Shown in pieces: positions 27,834 to 36,268 of a stretch of DNA of 64,000 nt; position 1 is the first letter of the stretch, and the number at the start of each line of letters is the position of its first letter. Where the stretch lies: the IMG/VR virus record IMGVR_UViG_3300043395_001986, positions 173,308 through 237,307 of that record; one strand, written 5' to 3'. The notes beneath the pieces are model-generated. The model did no database searches, was not told the origin of the DNA, and saw nothing but the letters and a program-made list of their open reading frames with translations. A program made the position numbers and the translations under genes. This DNA is from a virus. Taxonomy: Duplodnaviria > Heunggongvirae > Uroviricota > Caudoviricetes.

Positions 27834-27841
27834 TATATTTG
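27834..27841 (+). promoter_or_regulatory. Bacteroidota-type -7 promoter element TATATTTG
   Basis: 29 nt upstream of ATG 27870. Confidence 0.4.
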
Positions 27842-27869
27842 TATTATTATTAACTTAAAACAAAAAACA

Positions 27870-28115
27870 ATGGGATTATTCGCATTCATCAAAGGTCTTT
27901 TTGTAAAAGCAGAAAAGATTGAAGAAAAAGTTGAAACAATTGTTGAAGTTGCAGCAGAAGTAGCACCTGAAATTAAACCTTTGGCTGAAAAAGCTAAAAA
28001 AGAGGTAGTTAAAGTAAAGAAAGCTACGGCTAAAGCAAAAGAAGCAGTTGAAAAAGTTGAAGTAAAAGTAAAGAAAGCTTCAGCTAAAACATCAGCAAAA
28101 AAATCTACTAAATAA
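27870..28115 (+). CDS. Small highly basic Lys/Ala/Glu/Val-rich protein (histone-H1-like / nucleoid-associated candidate)
   Basis: KKATAKAKEAVEKVEVKVKKASAKTSAKKSTK low-complexity basic tail. Confidence 0.5.
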   Translation: MGLFAFIKGLFVKAEKIEEKVETIVEVAAEVAPEIKPLAEKAKKEVVKVKKATAKAKEAVEKVEVKVKKASAKTSAKKSTK

Positions 28116-28139
28116 TTTGGTTATTTCAAATAGATTTTG

Positions 28140-28147
28140 TAAATTTG
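28140..28147 (+). promoter_or_regulatory. Bacteroidota-type -7 promoter element TAAATTTG
   Basis: 38 nt upstream of ATG 28185; preceded by TAGATTTTG. Confidence 0.4.
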
Positions 28148-28184
28148 TAAAACTTAAACATTAACAATTAAAAAAACACGGATT

Positions 28185-28358
28185 ATGAAAAAGGCAATGT
28201 ACGCTTTCGTAGCAATCACTTTGACTCTTGCAATGGTAGCATGTGGTTCAAACAACACAACTGCAATCAATGTAGCTGACTCAACAGCAGTAGCAACTGA
28301 TTCAACAGCAAAGGTTGATAGCGCAGCAGTGGTAGCTGATAGCACAGCAACAAAGTAA
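28185..28358 (+). CDS. Unannotated 57-aa lipoprotein-like peptide with ADSTA repeats
   Basis: MKKAMYAFVAITLTLAMVACGSNNTTAINVADSTAVATDSTAKVDSAAVVADSTATK; not in ORF track (<60 aa; track shows antisense 28154..28345); own promoter-like motif and perfect terminator. Confidence 0.5.
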   Translation: MKKAMYAFVAITLTLAMVACGSNNTTAINVADSTAVATDSTAKVDSAAVVADSTATK

Positions 28359-28379
28359 TTCTAAAATTACTGAAAAGCA

Positions 28380-28404
28380 AGGGGTCAAACGACCCCTTTT
28401 TTAT
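28380..28404 (+). terminator. Rho-independent terminator
   Basis: AAGGGGTC-aaac-GACCCCTT followed by TTTTA; perfect 8-bp GC-rich stem. Confidence 0.8.
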
Positions 28405-28616
28405 GTCCTATATATTATAAAAAATCATAATATATAAGTCATTGATCCTGGAAACCCAATAAAATAGGGGGGCGTAAGTCGTTGATAATCAATAACTTAA
28501 AAATGTGGATAACTTTTTTCCCTAAAAATTTGGTGGTCTCAATAATATTTCGTAATTTTGGTATTCTTAATTGATTTTCCACACACAATATTATATAAAA
28601 TCTAAAATCTAAAACT
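28405..28616 (+). promoter_or_regulatory. Long non-coding intergenic region with TTGAT-N3-ATCAA-type sites
   Basis: No ORF; contains GTCGTTGATAATCAATAAC (perfect palindrome TTGATAATCAA) and AAGTCATTGAT half-site shared with 40306-40604 region. Confidence 0.4.
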
Positions 28617-30731
28617 ATGGGTTGGTATGACTCGTTTAAAACCGGTACATTAGACTATATCGCTAATGGATGGGGTAAAAACAAAAAAGAAAAAAAGAAA
28701 TCAGCTTCATCTTTTTGGGCTGATGAATGGAGTAGGTATGAATATAGCGAACCTACTTATTGGAACGGAACGGACTATGTAACTAAAACTTTTACAAAAG
28801 TTGAAAGTGATACCGTCTCAATGGTTAAACTAAACGCACATCGTAGAGCTATTTCAAATTTCGTAAACATTCTTACAAACAAAAACATTCCTGTTAAGTT
28901 TGCTCGTAAAGGTGACTCTTATACGGATGGTAAAGAAGTAGTGTTATCAGCAGAAGTAAATCCAGAAAAGTTTGATATTGCAGTTGGTTTGGCATTGCAC
29001 GAAGCATCACATATCCAACTTACTGATTTTAAACTATTTCCTTCATATGTTGTTCCTGCGCACTTATTCAATAAATACGCAAAAACAATAGGATTAGATG
29101 TAAGTAGTGGTACGGATGTTCGTATAGCAAACGATACATTATTTGATGTAATTAAATCTCTTACAAATTTTGTAGAAGATAGAAGAATTGACCAATTCAT
29201 ATATGATACTTGTCCAGGTTATAGAGATTATTATCGTGCGTTGTATGAAGAATACTTTTACGATAAAGTGATTGATAAAGGTTTGAAAAGTGATGAATAT
29301 ACTACCGAAGATTTACAATCATATATGTTTCGTATTATCAATATTACAAATGCAAATACTGATTTGGGTAAATTAAAAGGTTTGAAAAAAATCTATCAAT
29401 TATTGGATTTAAAAACCATCAAACGTCTAAAATCAACAAAAGATAGTTTAGATATTGCAGAAAAAATTACCGATATATTGTTAGATAATATTATTATCGA
29501 GCAACAACAAAACCAAAATGGCAAAGGTGATAGTGGTGACCCTGCCGATATTAATGAAGATGGAAATGGTAATGAAGCAGGTGATACTCAAACTGATGAA
29601 ATGGGTGGGGGTAATGCAAATGTTAATGGTATCGGCCAACAATCGAATGATGATAAAGATTATTTATCTAAATCTGCAAAACAAACATTAGATAAGAAAA
29701 TCAAAAATCAAAAAGATTTTGTGAACAATCAAATCAAAAAGAAAGGTTTGACTAAAAAAGAAGAAGATACACTTGAACAAATTGCAAAGAGTGGTACTGA
29801 TATGGAAAGTGTGGGTGGTATGCATACTGACGAAGGACACTATCTTCCTGGTACACAATGTATCGTATCTAAAAAAATGACAGAAGAGTTGATGAAATCG
29901 GATAGTTTCCCTTTTGCAAATTGGAGTAGTTATGACAGTAAATGGTATAGTTTTAACGATAGATTACTGCAAGAAGGTATTGTATTAGGTACTTTGTTAG
30001 GTAAGAGACTACAAATTCGTAGTGAAGAAAGAGAAACTGTCACACCACGTCAAAAGAATGGTAGAATTGATAGAAGATTAGTTGCGGCATTGGGATTTGA
30101 TTATGAAAGTGTATTCAGTACAAAGGAAATTGATAAGTTCAAAAAAGTAATGTTGCATGTTTCTATTGATGGTAGTGGTAGTATGAGTGGCTCTTTATGG
30201 GATAGTGCACTTAAACTTACTATTGCACTTTGTAAAGCAACTACAATGGTATCTAATCTTGAAATTCAAGTTTCTATTAGGGGTACTTGGAATGAAAAAG
30301 CGTATGTTTGTATAGCATATGATAGTAGATTTGATAAGTTTACAAAAGTGAAACAATTATTTCCTGCATTGCACGCCAATGGTACAACACCAGAAGGGTT
30401 ATGTTACGAAGCAATTATGAAATACTTTGTAGAAAGTACCAAAGATATGGAAAGTTATTTTCTAAACATATGTGACGGTGAGCCTAATTTCCAAGATAAG
30501 AATTGTAATTATAGTGGAAAAGCCGCATTGTACCATACTAAAAAAATGGTATCTCTTATTAAAGAGAAAGGTATCAAAGTAATGAGTTATTTCGTTGCCG
30601 ATAGCGGATATGGTTACGGCCGTTCACGTGATAATTTCAAAACAATGTACGGAAGTGACAGTAAATTTATTGACATACAAGCCGTAGTACCTATTTCTAA
30701 AACCTTAAATGAATTGTTCCTAAAAAAATAA
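28617..30731 (+). CDS. CobT-like protein with C-terminal von Willebrand factor A (VWA) domain
   Basis: MIDAS motif VMLHVSIDGSGSMSG (DxSxS); acidic Gly/Asp-rich linker; large N-terminal domain; immediately followed by the partner AAA+ gene. Confidence 0.6.
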   Translation: MGWYDSFKTGTLDYIANGWGKNKKEKKKSASSFWADEWSRYEYSEPTYWNGTDYVTKTFTKVESDTVSMVKLNAHRRAISNFVNILTNKNIPVKFARKGDSYTDGKEVVLSAEVNPEKFDIAVGLALHEASHIQLTDFKLFPSYVVPAHLFNKYAKTIGLDVSSGTDVRIANDTLFDVIKSLTNFVEDRRIDQFIYDTCPGYRDYYRALYEEYFYDKVIDKGLKSDEYTTEDLQSYMFRIINITNANTDLGKLKGLKKIYQLLDLKTIKRLKSTKDSLDIAEKITDILLDNIIIEQQQNQNGKGDSGDPADINEDGNGNEAGDTQTDEMGGGNANVNGIGQQSNDDKDYLSKSAKQTLDKKIKNQKDFVNNQIKKKGLTKKEEDTLEQIAKSGTDMESVGGMHTDEGHYLPGTQCIVSKKMTEELMKSDSFPFANWSSYDSKWYSFNDRLLQEGIVLGTLLGKRLQIRSEERETVTPRQKNGRIDRRLVAALGFDYESVFSTKEIDKFKKVMLHVSIDGSGSMSGSLWDSALKLTIALCKATTMVSNLEIQVSIRGTWNEKAYVCIAYDSRFDKFTKVKQLFPALHANGTTPEGLCYEAIMKYFVESTKDMESYFLNICDGEPNFQDKNCNYSGKAALYHTKKMVSLIKEKGIKVMSYFVADSGYGYGRSRDNFKTMYGSDSKFIDIQAVVPISKTLNELFLKK

Positions 30732-30764
30732 AATCTAAATATTAAACATTAAAAAACAAAAGTT

Positions 30765-31988
30765 ATGAGTAAAGTTAAAAACACAGAGTTCGGTTACACA
30801 AATGAAATTTACAAAGTTGAGAAAAATAAATCTCGCTTTAATTTAGTAAACACCGCAGATGAAATTATTGACGATTCAACAATAGTTGGTTCAACAATGA
30901 GAAAGAAAGCACATTCATCTGGCAAAGCTATTAGAGCACACATTAATAAAAATGGTGCAAAAACATTCCGTATGGTAGATATGAGTGAATTTGAAGCATT
31001 GAAAGTAAAACCAATGAATACTGACATTGCTGAAACAATTGTGGAAAATCCTACTGAACACAAAGACATTATTGACTTCATTCATGGTGAAGGATTGGCA
31101 CTAAAACCTGCTAATCTTATTATGAGTGAATTGAAGTGGAAATATTTAGTTCGTTCAGCAGTTAGAGCTCGTAATATTATGATGACAGGACCTGCCGGTA
31201 GTGGTAAGACAATGGCGGCTAAAGCATTGGTAAGTGCATTGAAACGACCATTTTTCTATTTCAATTTAGGTGCAACGCAAGACCCGAGAGCAGCGTTGAT
31301 TGGTAACACACACTTTAATAAAGCAAGTGGTACTTATTTTAGTGAGAGTGCTTTCGTAAAGGCAATCAAAACACCTTACGCAGTTATCCTATTGGATGAG
31401 TTATCTCGTTCACATCCAGAAGCTGCTAATATCCTAATGACTGTGTTAGACCAAACACAAAGATACTTGCGTTTGGATGAGCAAGAAAATTCACCAATCG
31501 TTAAGGTAGCAGATGGAGTGACATTTATTGCAACCGCAAACATTGGTAACGAATATACTGCAACACGTGTTATGGATAGAGCGTTGTTAGACCGTTTTGT
31601 AACTATCGAAGTTGATACTCTTAATGGAGAGCAAGAATATACATTGTTGAATATGTTGTATCCTGATACCAACCAAGATGATTTGAAAGCAATTGCTGAA
31701 ATCGCTTCTCACACTCGTGACCAAATCAAATCCGAAGCGGGTAAATTGACAACCGCAGTATCTACCCGTATTTCAGTAGAAATGGCTGGTTTGATTTATG
31801 ATGGTTTCAATTTGTTAGAAGCCGCTGAAGTTGCTATTTTCCCATTCTATTCGCAAGATGGTGGTATGGATAGTGAGCGTACATATATCAAACAATTAGT
31901 TCAAAAGTATTTGAGAGATGATAAAGATGGTGAACAATTGTTCAATGAGGTGACAGAAGATAACGATAGCGAAACTATCGTGTGGTAA
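30765..31988 (+). CDS. CobS/MoxR-like AAA+ ATPase
   Basis: Walker A MMTGPAGSGKTMAAKAL, Walker B AVILLDELSR, sensor region TANIGNEYTATR. Confidence 0.75.
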   Translation: MSKVKNTEFGYTNEIYKVEKNKSRFNLVNTADEIIDDSTIVGSTMRKKAHSSGKAIRAHINKNGAKTFRMVDMSEFEALKVKPMNTDIAETIVENPTEHKDIIDFIHGEGLALKPANLIMSELKWKYLVRSAVRARNIMMTGPAGSGKTMAAKALVSALKRPFFYFNLGATQDPRAALIGNTHFNKASGTYFSESAFVKAIKTPYAVILLDELSRSHPEAANILMTVLDQTQRYLRLDEQENSPIVKVADGVTFIATANIGNEYTATRVMDRALLDRFVTIEVDTLNGEQEYTLLNMLYPDTNQDDLKAIAEIASHTRDQIKSEAGKLTTAVSTRISVEMAGLIYDGFNLLEAAEVAIFPFYSQDGGMDSERTYIKQLVQKYLRDDKDGEQLFNEVTEDNDSETIVW

Positions 31989-31993
31989 GATAA

Positions 31994-32072
31994 TGAGGTG
32001 GGCCCAACCCATACTCATAACTTGCCCACCTCACGATTACCCCTACTAATTTTAGTGGGGGTAATTTATTTT
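31994..32072 (+). terminator. Tandem hairpin terminator
   Basis: GAGGTGGGC-(20 nt)-GCCCACCTC then TTACCCCC-(loop)-GGGGGTAA followed by TTTATTTT. Confidence 0.55.
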
Positions 32073-32095
32073 AAATCATCACTAAAAAAAATCAA

Positions 32096-32695
32096 ATGGC
32101 ATTAACTAAAAATGTAACAGACTTTATAGAGCATGTAAAAGGACATTGTAGACGGGTAGATATTAAATGTGAAATACGACCAGTTAAGTATTTAGTATTG
32201 AGTGGTAATATTAGATGTGGTGGTTATTTTGATGATGAAAATAAAAAATTAGTAGTGGCCGGCAATCATAAAGATTGGTTAGGTATATTGGTACATGAAT
32301 ATGCACATCTTACACAATGGGAAGAAAATTGTGAACCTTGGAAAAAAGGCAGTACCGGACTAAATAATTTAGAACATTGGTTAAGTGGTAATAAAATACG
32401 AAGTGTAAAAGATGCGATTAATAGATCTAGAAATTTAGAATATGATAACGAACTGCGTTCAGTTAAATTAATTAAGAAATGGAAGTTACCAATTAATCTT
32501 ACGGAGTATGTTCAAAAAGCAAACGCGTATTTACAATTTTATAACTATATGAAATTTACCCGTAAGTGGAGTAAACCAAATAATTCACCATATAGTAATC
32601 CGAAAGTTTGGAAAAAAATGCCAACAACATTTAGGATGAACTATAATACAATGAGTGACAAATACATAAAATTATATCAACAAAATAACATTTAA
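32096..32695 (+). CDS. Putative zinc-metallopeptidase-like protein (HExxH)
   Basis: LVHEYAHLTQWEEN contains HExxH. Confidence 0.4.
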   Translation: MALTKNVTDFIEHVKGHCRRVDIKCEIRPVKYLVLSGNIRCGGYFDDENKKLVVAGNHKDWLGILVHEYAHLTQWEENCEPWKKGSTGLNNLEHWLSGNKIRSVKDAINRSRNLEYDNELRSVKLIKKWKLPINLTEYVQKANAYLQFYNYMKFTRKWSKPNNSPYSNPKVWKKMPTTFRMNYNTMSDKYIKLYQQNNI

Positions 32696-32714
32696 TTATG
32701 GAAAAGTTTGTAGA

Positions 32715-33125
32715 GTGTATGTTGAATTTATTAGACCCACCATCTCCAATGGAAAAACGAATGGAGAGAAGATGGCAAATAAGATTAAGAAAAATTCAAA
32801 ATCAAATAAAATGCAAAAAATAAAAAAGTATCAAAAACAAATCTTCACATTCGTAACAATATTTTTGTTATTAGAATTTGGAGTATTTCCATGTTTAACA
32901 ATGGCTAATACATTTGCAAATATTGTAGGTGGCATTGCATTGCTAATTTTGGTCCTATGGTTAGGAATAGAATTGTATGAATTAGTTAAACAACCTTCTA
33001 GAATTGAAGAAGCAGTCATAGAAGATTTGAAAACTACAAAGAAATCAAATCCAAAACAAATGGATGGAGCTGAAAGTGACAAAACTTTTGTAAAAACAAG
33101 AAAGAAAACAAATAAAACAAAGTAA
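32715..33125 (+). CDS. Membrane protein, hypothetical
   Basis: Two TM helices (IFTFVTIFLLLEFGVFPCL; IVGGIALLILVLWLGIELY), basic termini. Confidence 0.4.
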   Translation: MYVEFIRPTISNGKTNGEKMANKIKKNSKSNKMQKIKKYQKQIFTFVTIFLLLEFGVFPCLTMANTFANIVGGIALLILVLWLGIELYELVKQPSRIEEAVIEDLKTTKKSNPKQMDGAESDKTFVKTRKKTNKTK

Positions 33126-33126
33126 T

Positions 33127-34050
33127 ATGGCGTATGACAATTTAGATGCTTGGCAAAGAAGACAAGCGGAAATAGAAGAAGAAATGAAACAACACAAATT
33201 AGAACAACAATTAAAATTTAAAAAAATGATTAAATTATCAACGGCTGGAATTATTGGATTATTCGTATTATTATTTTTATTCAAATCATGTGAAAGAATT
33301 GATGCAGGACATGTTGGAGTTAAAGTAAACCTTTATGGTGATAACAAAGGCGTATCTGATGTAACAGAAGTGACGGGTATTGTGTTCTTTAATCCAATTA
33401 CACATAACATTTATGAGTTTCCAACATTCATTCAGCACAAGGAATATACAGGTGATAACGCATTCATCGTAAATAGTAAAGATGGTAGTGAGTTCCATAT
33501 TTCACCTATCATTAACTATTCAGTACAAAGAGAGAAAGTTCCGTACATATTTGCAAAGTATAGAAGAACATTATCATCTATTGAAGATGGTTTCTTAAAA
33601 ACAAATATCTATGATGCGTTCCGTATGACAGCAAACGCATATACGGCTGAGGAATTAATTAGTAATAGACAAACTTTTGAAAATAAAGTAAGAGCAACAT
33701 TAGATAGTACATTGTTAAAAGAAGGATTTGTTATCAATCAATTGACATCAAACCTAGTTTATCCTGAAACATTTAAGCAGGCGATTGAAGCTAAAAATAA
33801 CGCAGTTCAGGCAGCATTAAGAGCAGAGAACGAAGTTAAAACCGCTGAAGCACAGGCTAAAATACAAGTTGCAAAAGCAGAAGGTAACGCACAAGCTTTA
33901 TTAACATCGGCAAAAGCTGAGGCTGAAGCAAATAGAATGAAGCAACAAACATTGACACCATTACTTATTCAATTGGAGTATGTAAACAAATGGGATGGTA
34001 AATTACCAGTTTATGGGCAAGTACCACAATTGTTTAAAAACATACAATAA
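33127..34050 (+). CDS. SPFH/band-7 (prohibitin/HflC-like) membrane protein
   Basis: N-terminal TM (LSTAGIIGLFVLLFLF), SPFH core HVGVKVNLYG...FHISPIINYSV..., C-terminal Ala/Glu/Lys coiled-coil (AENEVKTAEAQAKIQVAKAEGNAQALLTSAKAEAEANR). Confidence 0.7.
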   Translation: MAYDNLDAWQRRQAEIEEEMKQHKLEQQLKFKKMIKLSTAGIIGLFVLLFLFKSCERIDAGHVGVKVNLYGDNKGVSDVTEVTGIVFFNPITHNIYEFPTFIQHKEYTGDNAFIVNSKDGSEFHISPIINYSVQREKVPYIFAKYRRTLSSIEDGFLKTNIYDAFRMTANAYTAEELISNRQTFENKVRATLDSTLLKEGFVINQLTSNLVYPETFKQAIEAKNNAVQAALRAENEVKTAEAQAKIQVAKAEGNAQALLTSAKAEAEANRMKQQTLTPLLIQLEYVNKWDGKLPVYGQVPQLFKNIQ

Positions 34051-34092
34051 GATAGTTTGGAACATTGTAGGGGTTCAATTCCCCTACTATCT
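34050..34092 (+). terminator. Nested hairpin with tRNA T-arm-like inner stem-loop
   Basis: AGATAGT-ttggaacattgt-AGGGG-ttcaatt-CCCCT-ACTATCT; inner loop TTCAATT fits T-loop TTCRANY; overall too short for a tRNA. Confidence 0.45.
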
Positions 34093-34108
34093 TCAAAAAT
34101 AAAATAAT

Positions 34109-34450
34109 ATGCTAAAAATAAAAAACATAGGCCAAATAGTTGGAATGTTAGCCGGTGATAGAATTATAATAGAAGCGGGTGATTATAGAGATGTTTTACG
34201 AAAAACAGGTAAAGAATATTTTGTATTTAAAATCGGTGCTAGAAGAGATGGTAATGATTATAATAAAGAACATAATATAGTTTTAGCAAAAGTAGCAGAA
34301 CTAAATGGAAAATACAGAATGTTCAATATGGGATTACAAGTAGCAACAGAAATTCAATTGAATTTAAGTGAAATGCAAACTCCAGATGAACTCTGTCTTT
34401 TAATCAGAGATGTTTTAGAAAAAACACTAATATTTTATCAAACAAATTAA
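34109..34450 (+). CDS. 'MLxIxN' small-protein family member 1
   Basis: N-terminus MLKIKNIGQIVGM shared with ORFs at 47432, 61124, 61420, 61687. Confidence 0.45.
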   Translation: MLKIKNIGQIVGMLAGDRIIIEAGDYRDVLRKTGKEYFVFKIGARRDGNDYNKEHNIVLAKVAELNGKYRMFNMGLQVATEIQLNLSEMQTPDELCLLIRDVLEKTLIFYQTN

Positions 34451-34451
34451 T

Positions 34452-34997
34452 ATGAAAAAATATATTTCTTTTTATGAGGAAAAGTTAAAACTTGCCTCAT
34501 CATACGCAAAGAAAAACCAAATGGGATTTGTCCGTTCAACAATGAAAGAAGCAGTTGAAGGTTTATTGGAATTGATATGGGAAACTGAAATTGGCGGTGA
34601 AGCAAAGAAAAACGATTTTATTGAATGTGTTAGTGAAAATGGCCACACATTAAAATTTCAGGTCGATAGACATTTATATAACGGGAAAAAATTAAAGTGT
34701 ATCGGAGAATGTAAAGCATATTTAGATAGATGTTTTATGGAAAGAGCAAGTTCAGATTTTGGTAGAATTAAAAATGGTGTAAAATCAAATCCAATTTCTT
34801 TTATTCTGGCATTAGAAGATGCAGTTGGTGATAGTGCATACCATTACTATATGGATGAGGGGCATATAAATCATGTCTTTTATCTATGTGATGGAAAACG
34901 AAGTCCTAAAAAACCAATTTGGAAATCGGAATTCTATAAGCCAATTAATACTGAAAAGTTAAAAGAATTTATTAAGTTTATTAAACAATACAAATAA
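34452..34997 (+). CDS. Hypothetical protein
   Basis: 181-aa ORF; Cys/His scattered (CVSENGH...CIGECKAYLDRC). Confidence 0.45.
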   Translation: MKKYISFYEEKLKLASSYAKKNQMGFVRSTMKEAVEGLLELIWETEIGGEAKKNDFIECVSENGHTLKFQVDRHLYNGKKLKCIGECKAYLDRCFMERASSDFGRIKNGVKSNPISFILALEDAVGDSAYHYYMDEGHINHVFYLCDGKRSPKKPIWKSEFYKPINTEKLKEFIKFIKQYK

Positions 34998-34998
34998 T

Positions 34999-35163
34999 AT
35001 GGCACAACCAAAAGCAAGTAATGCGAAAAGTCACTTTTACATTTCACTTTTTAAAAGTGTATTAAGATTAGGAGCATGTTATTTCCTATTCAATGAACAA
35101 TTTGGTAATTCGGCAATCACATTTGGATTAGCAGAATTATTGGGAATTATTGAAGAACTTTAA
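34999..35163 (+). CDS. Unannotated small hydrophobic peptide (54 aa)
   Basis: MAQPKASNAKSHFYISLFKSVLRLGACYFLFNEQFGNSAITFGLAELLGIIEEL; fills otherwise non-coding gap; not in track (<60 aa). Confidence 0.3.
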   Translation: MAQPKASNAKSHFYISLFKSVLRLGACYFLFNEQFGNSAITFGLAELLGIIEEL

Positions 35164-35173
35164 AATAAAGATT

Positions 35174-35488
35174 ATGGAGTTTAATAAAACTGATGATGAA
35201 TTGAAACAAATGAGCGAAGATGAACTAATGGCATATTTAGATGCAAAAGCAGCTCATTTATCAAAACACGTTTCACCACTATCACCATATCTATCTAAAA
35301 GATATGCTTACATAGGTAATGCAATATCAAAAGGTGATGTTGGTACTGATGAAATTTATAAAGATATGGACTATGAAAAAATAGTAGAAATTGCTAGGAA
35401 AAATGGCGAGGATGCTTTATCTTTGTACCTAAAACGAAAAAATGACGAAGATAACCAAACACCTACCAACGATAAAAGAAATGATTGA
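35174..35488 (+). CDS. Hypothetical protein
   Basis: Track ORF 35150.. trimmed to internal ATG (MEFNKTDDEL) to avoid overlap with small upstream ORF. Confidence 0.4.
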   Translation: MEFNKTDDELKQMSEDELMAYLDAKAAHLSKHVSPLSPYLSKRYAYIGNAISKGDVGTDEIYKDMDYEKIVEIARKNGEDALSLYLKRKNDEDNQTPTNDKRND

Positions 35489-35840
35489 TGATTTGGATGA
35501 ATTAGGTAGTGACCGATTTACACAAAAATATTGTGGATATGAAGGATATGAATCAACATCCGAAGGTAGTATAGATTTTTTATTTGAATTTATTAAATAT
35601 AAAGATAAAAAGCAATTTATGGGAAAGATGAAAGAACTTTATTTAAAACAATTAGAAACCGGCTCATTGGGAGAAAAACAAGATGAAGATTATTTGTATG
35701 AACAATATCTTACTCAAGAAAAATTGAATGAGGAATATTGGGAATATATATCTAAAACGGATAATGATCCAGGTTATACACCAACACCAGAAGAAGAAGA
35801 ACAAAACTTTCAACAAAGAATAAAAGACGAAAATATTTAG
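35442..35840 (+). CDS. Hypothetical acidic protein
   Basis: 132-aa ORF. Confidence 0.4.
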   Translation: MTKITKHLPTIKEMIDDLDELGSDRFTQKYCGYEGYESTSEGSIDFLFEFIKYKDKKQFMGKMKELYLKQLETGSLGEKQDEDYLYEQYLTQEKLNEEYWEYISKTDNDPGYTPTPEEEEQNFQQRIKDENI

Positions 35841-35842
35841 TT

Positions 35843-36268
35843 ATGGGATATAATCCGTATAGATGGTGGACAAGAGGAACAAAGCAAAGAAATAGACCTC
35901 TACCATATCACTACCCACTTGCACAAAGAATAGGTAACGGAGATTATGACCTACATCCTTTGATGGAAGAATGGATTAGTGAAAAGGAAAAATATAAAGT
36001 AGATGTTCAGAAATGTTGGGATGAGTATAAGGGTGATACTAATGCGGGTAGATGGGAATATATGAGAGATAGAACAAGAATGCAAAATTTAAGAGTTCTA
36101 AAATTAGCAGAAGAGTCACATAAAAAAGAAACAGAATTACTATTTAAATTAAGAGAAGAATTAAAGAAAGCATTTAAGATAGACCTTTGGGATGAAGCCG
36201 TAGAAAATTGTGACGGTGATATAAAAGAGTTCTACGAATATTATGCAGTAAGAAGAAACAATGGATAA
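35843..36268 (+). CDS. Hypothetical protein
   Basis: 141-aa ORF. Confidence 0.4.
   Translation: MGYNPYRWWTRGTKQRNRPLPYHYPLAQRIGNGDYDLHPLMEEWISEKEKYKVDVQKCWDEYKGDTNAGRWEYMRDRTRMQNLRVLKLAEESHKKETELLFKLREELKKAFKIDLWDEAVENCDGDIKEFYEYYAVRRNNG

Noticed and set aside
34050-34092. Possible tRNA gene (T-arm-like GGGGTTCAATTCCCC with flanking 7-bp stem)
   Set aside because: Only 12 nt separate the putative acceptor 5' strand from the T-arm. There is no room for D and anticodon arms, and CAA instead of CCA follows. Interpreted as a nested terminator hairpin.
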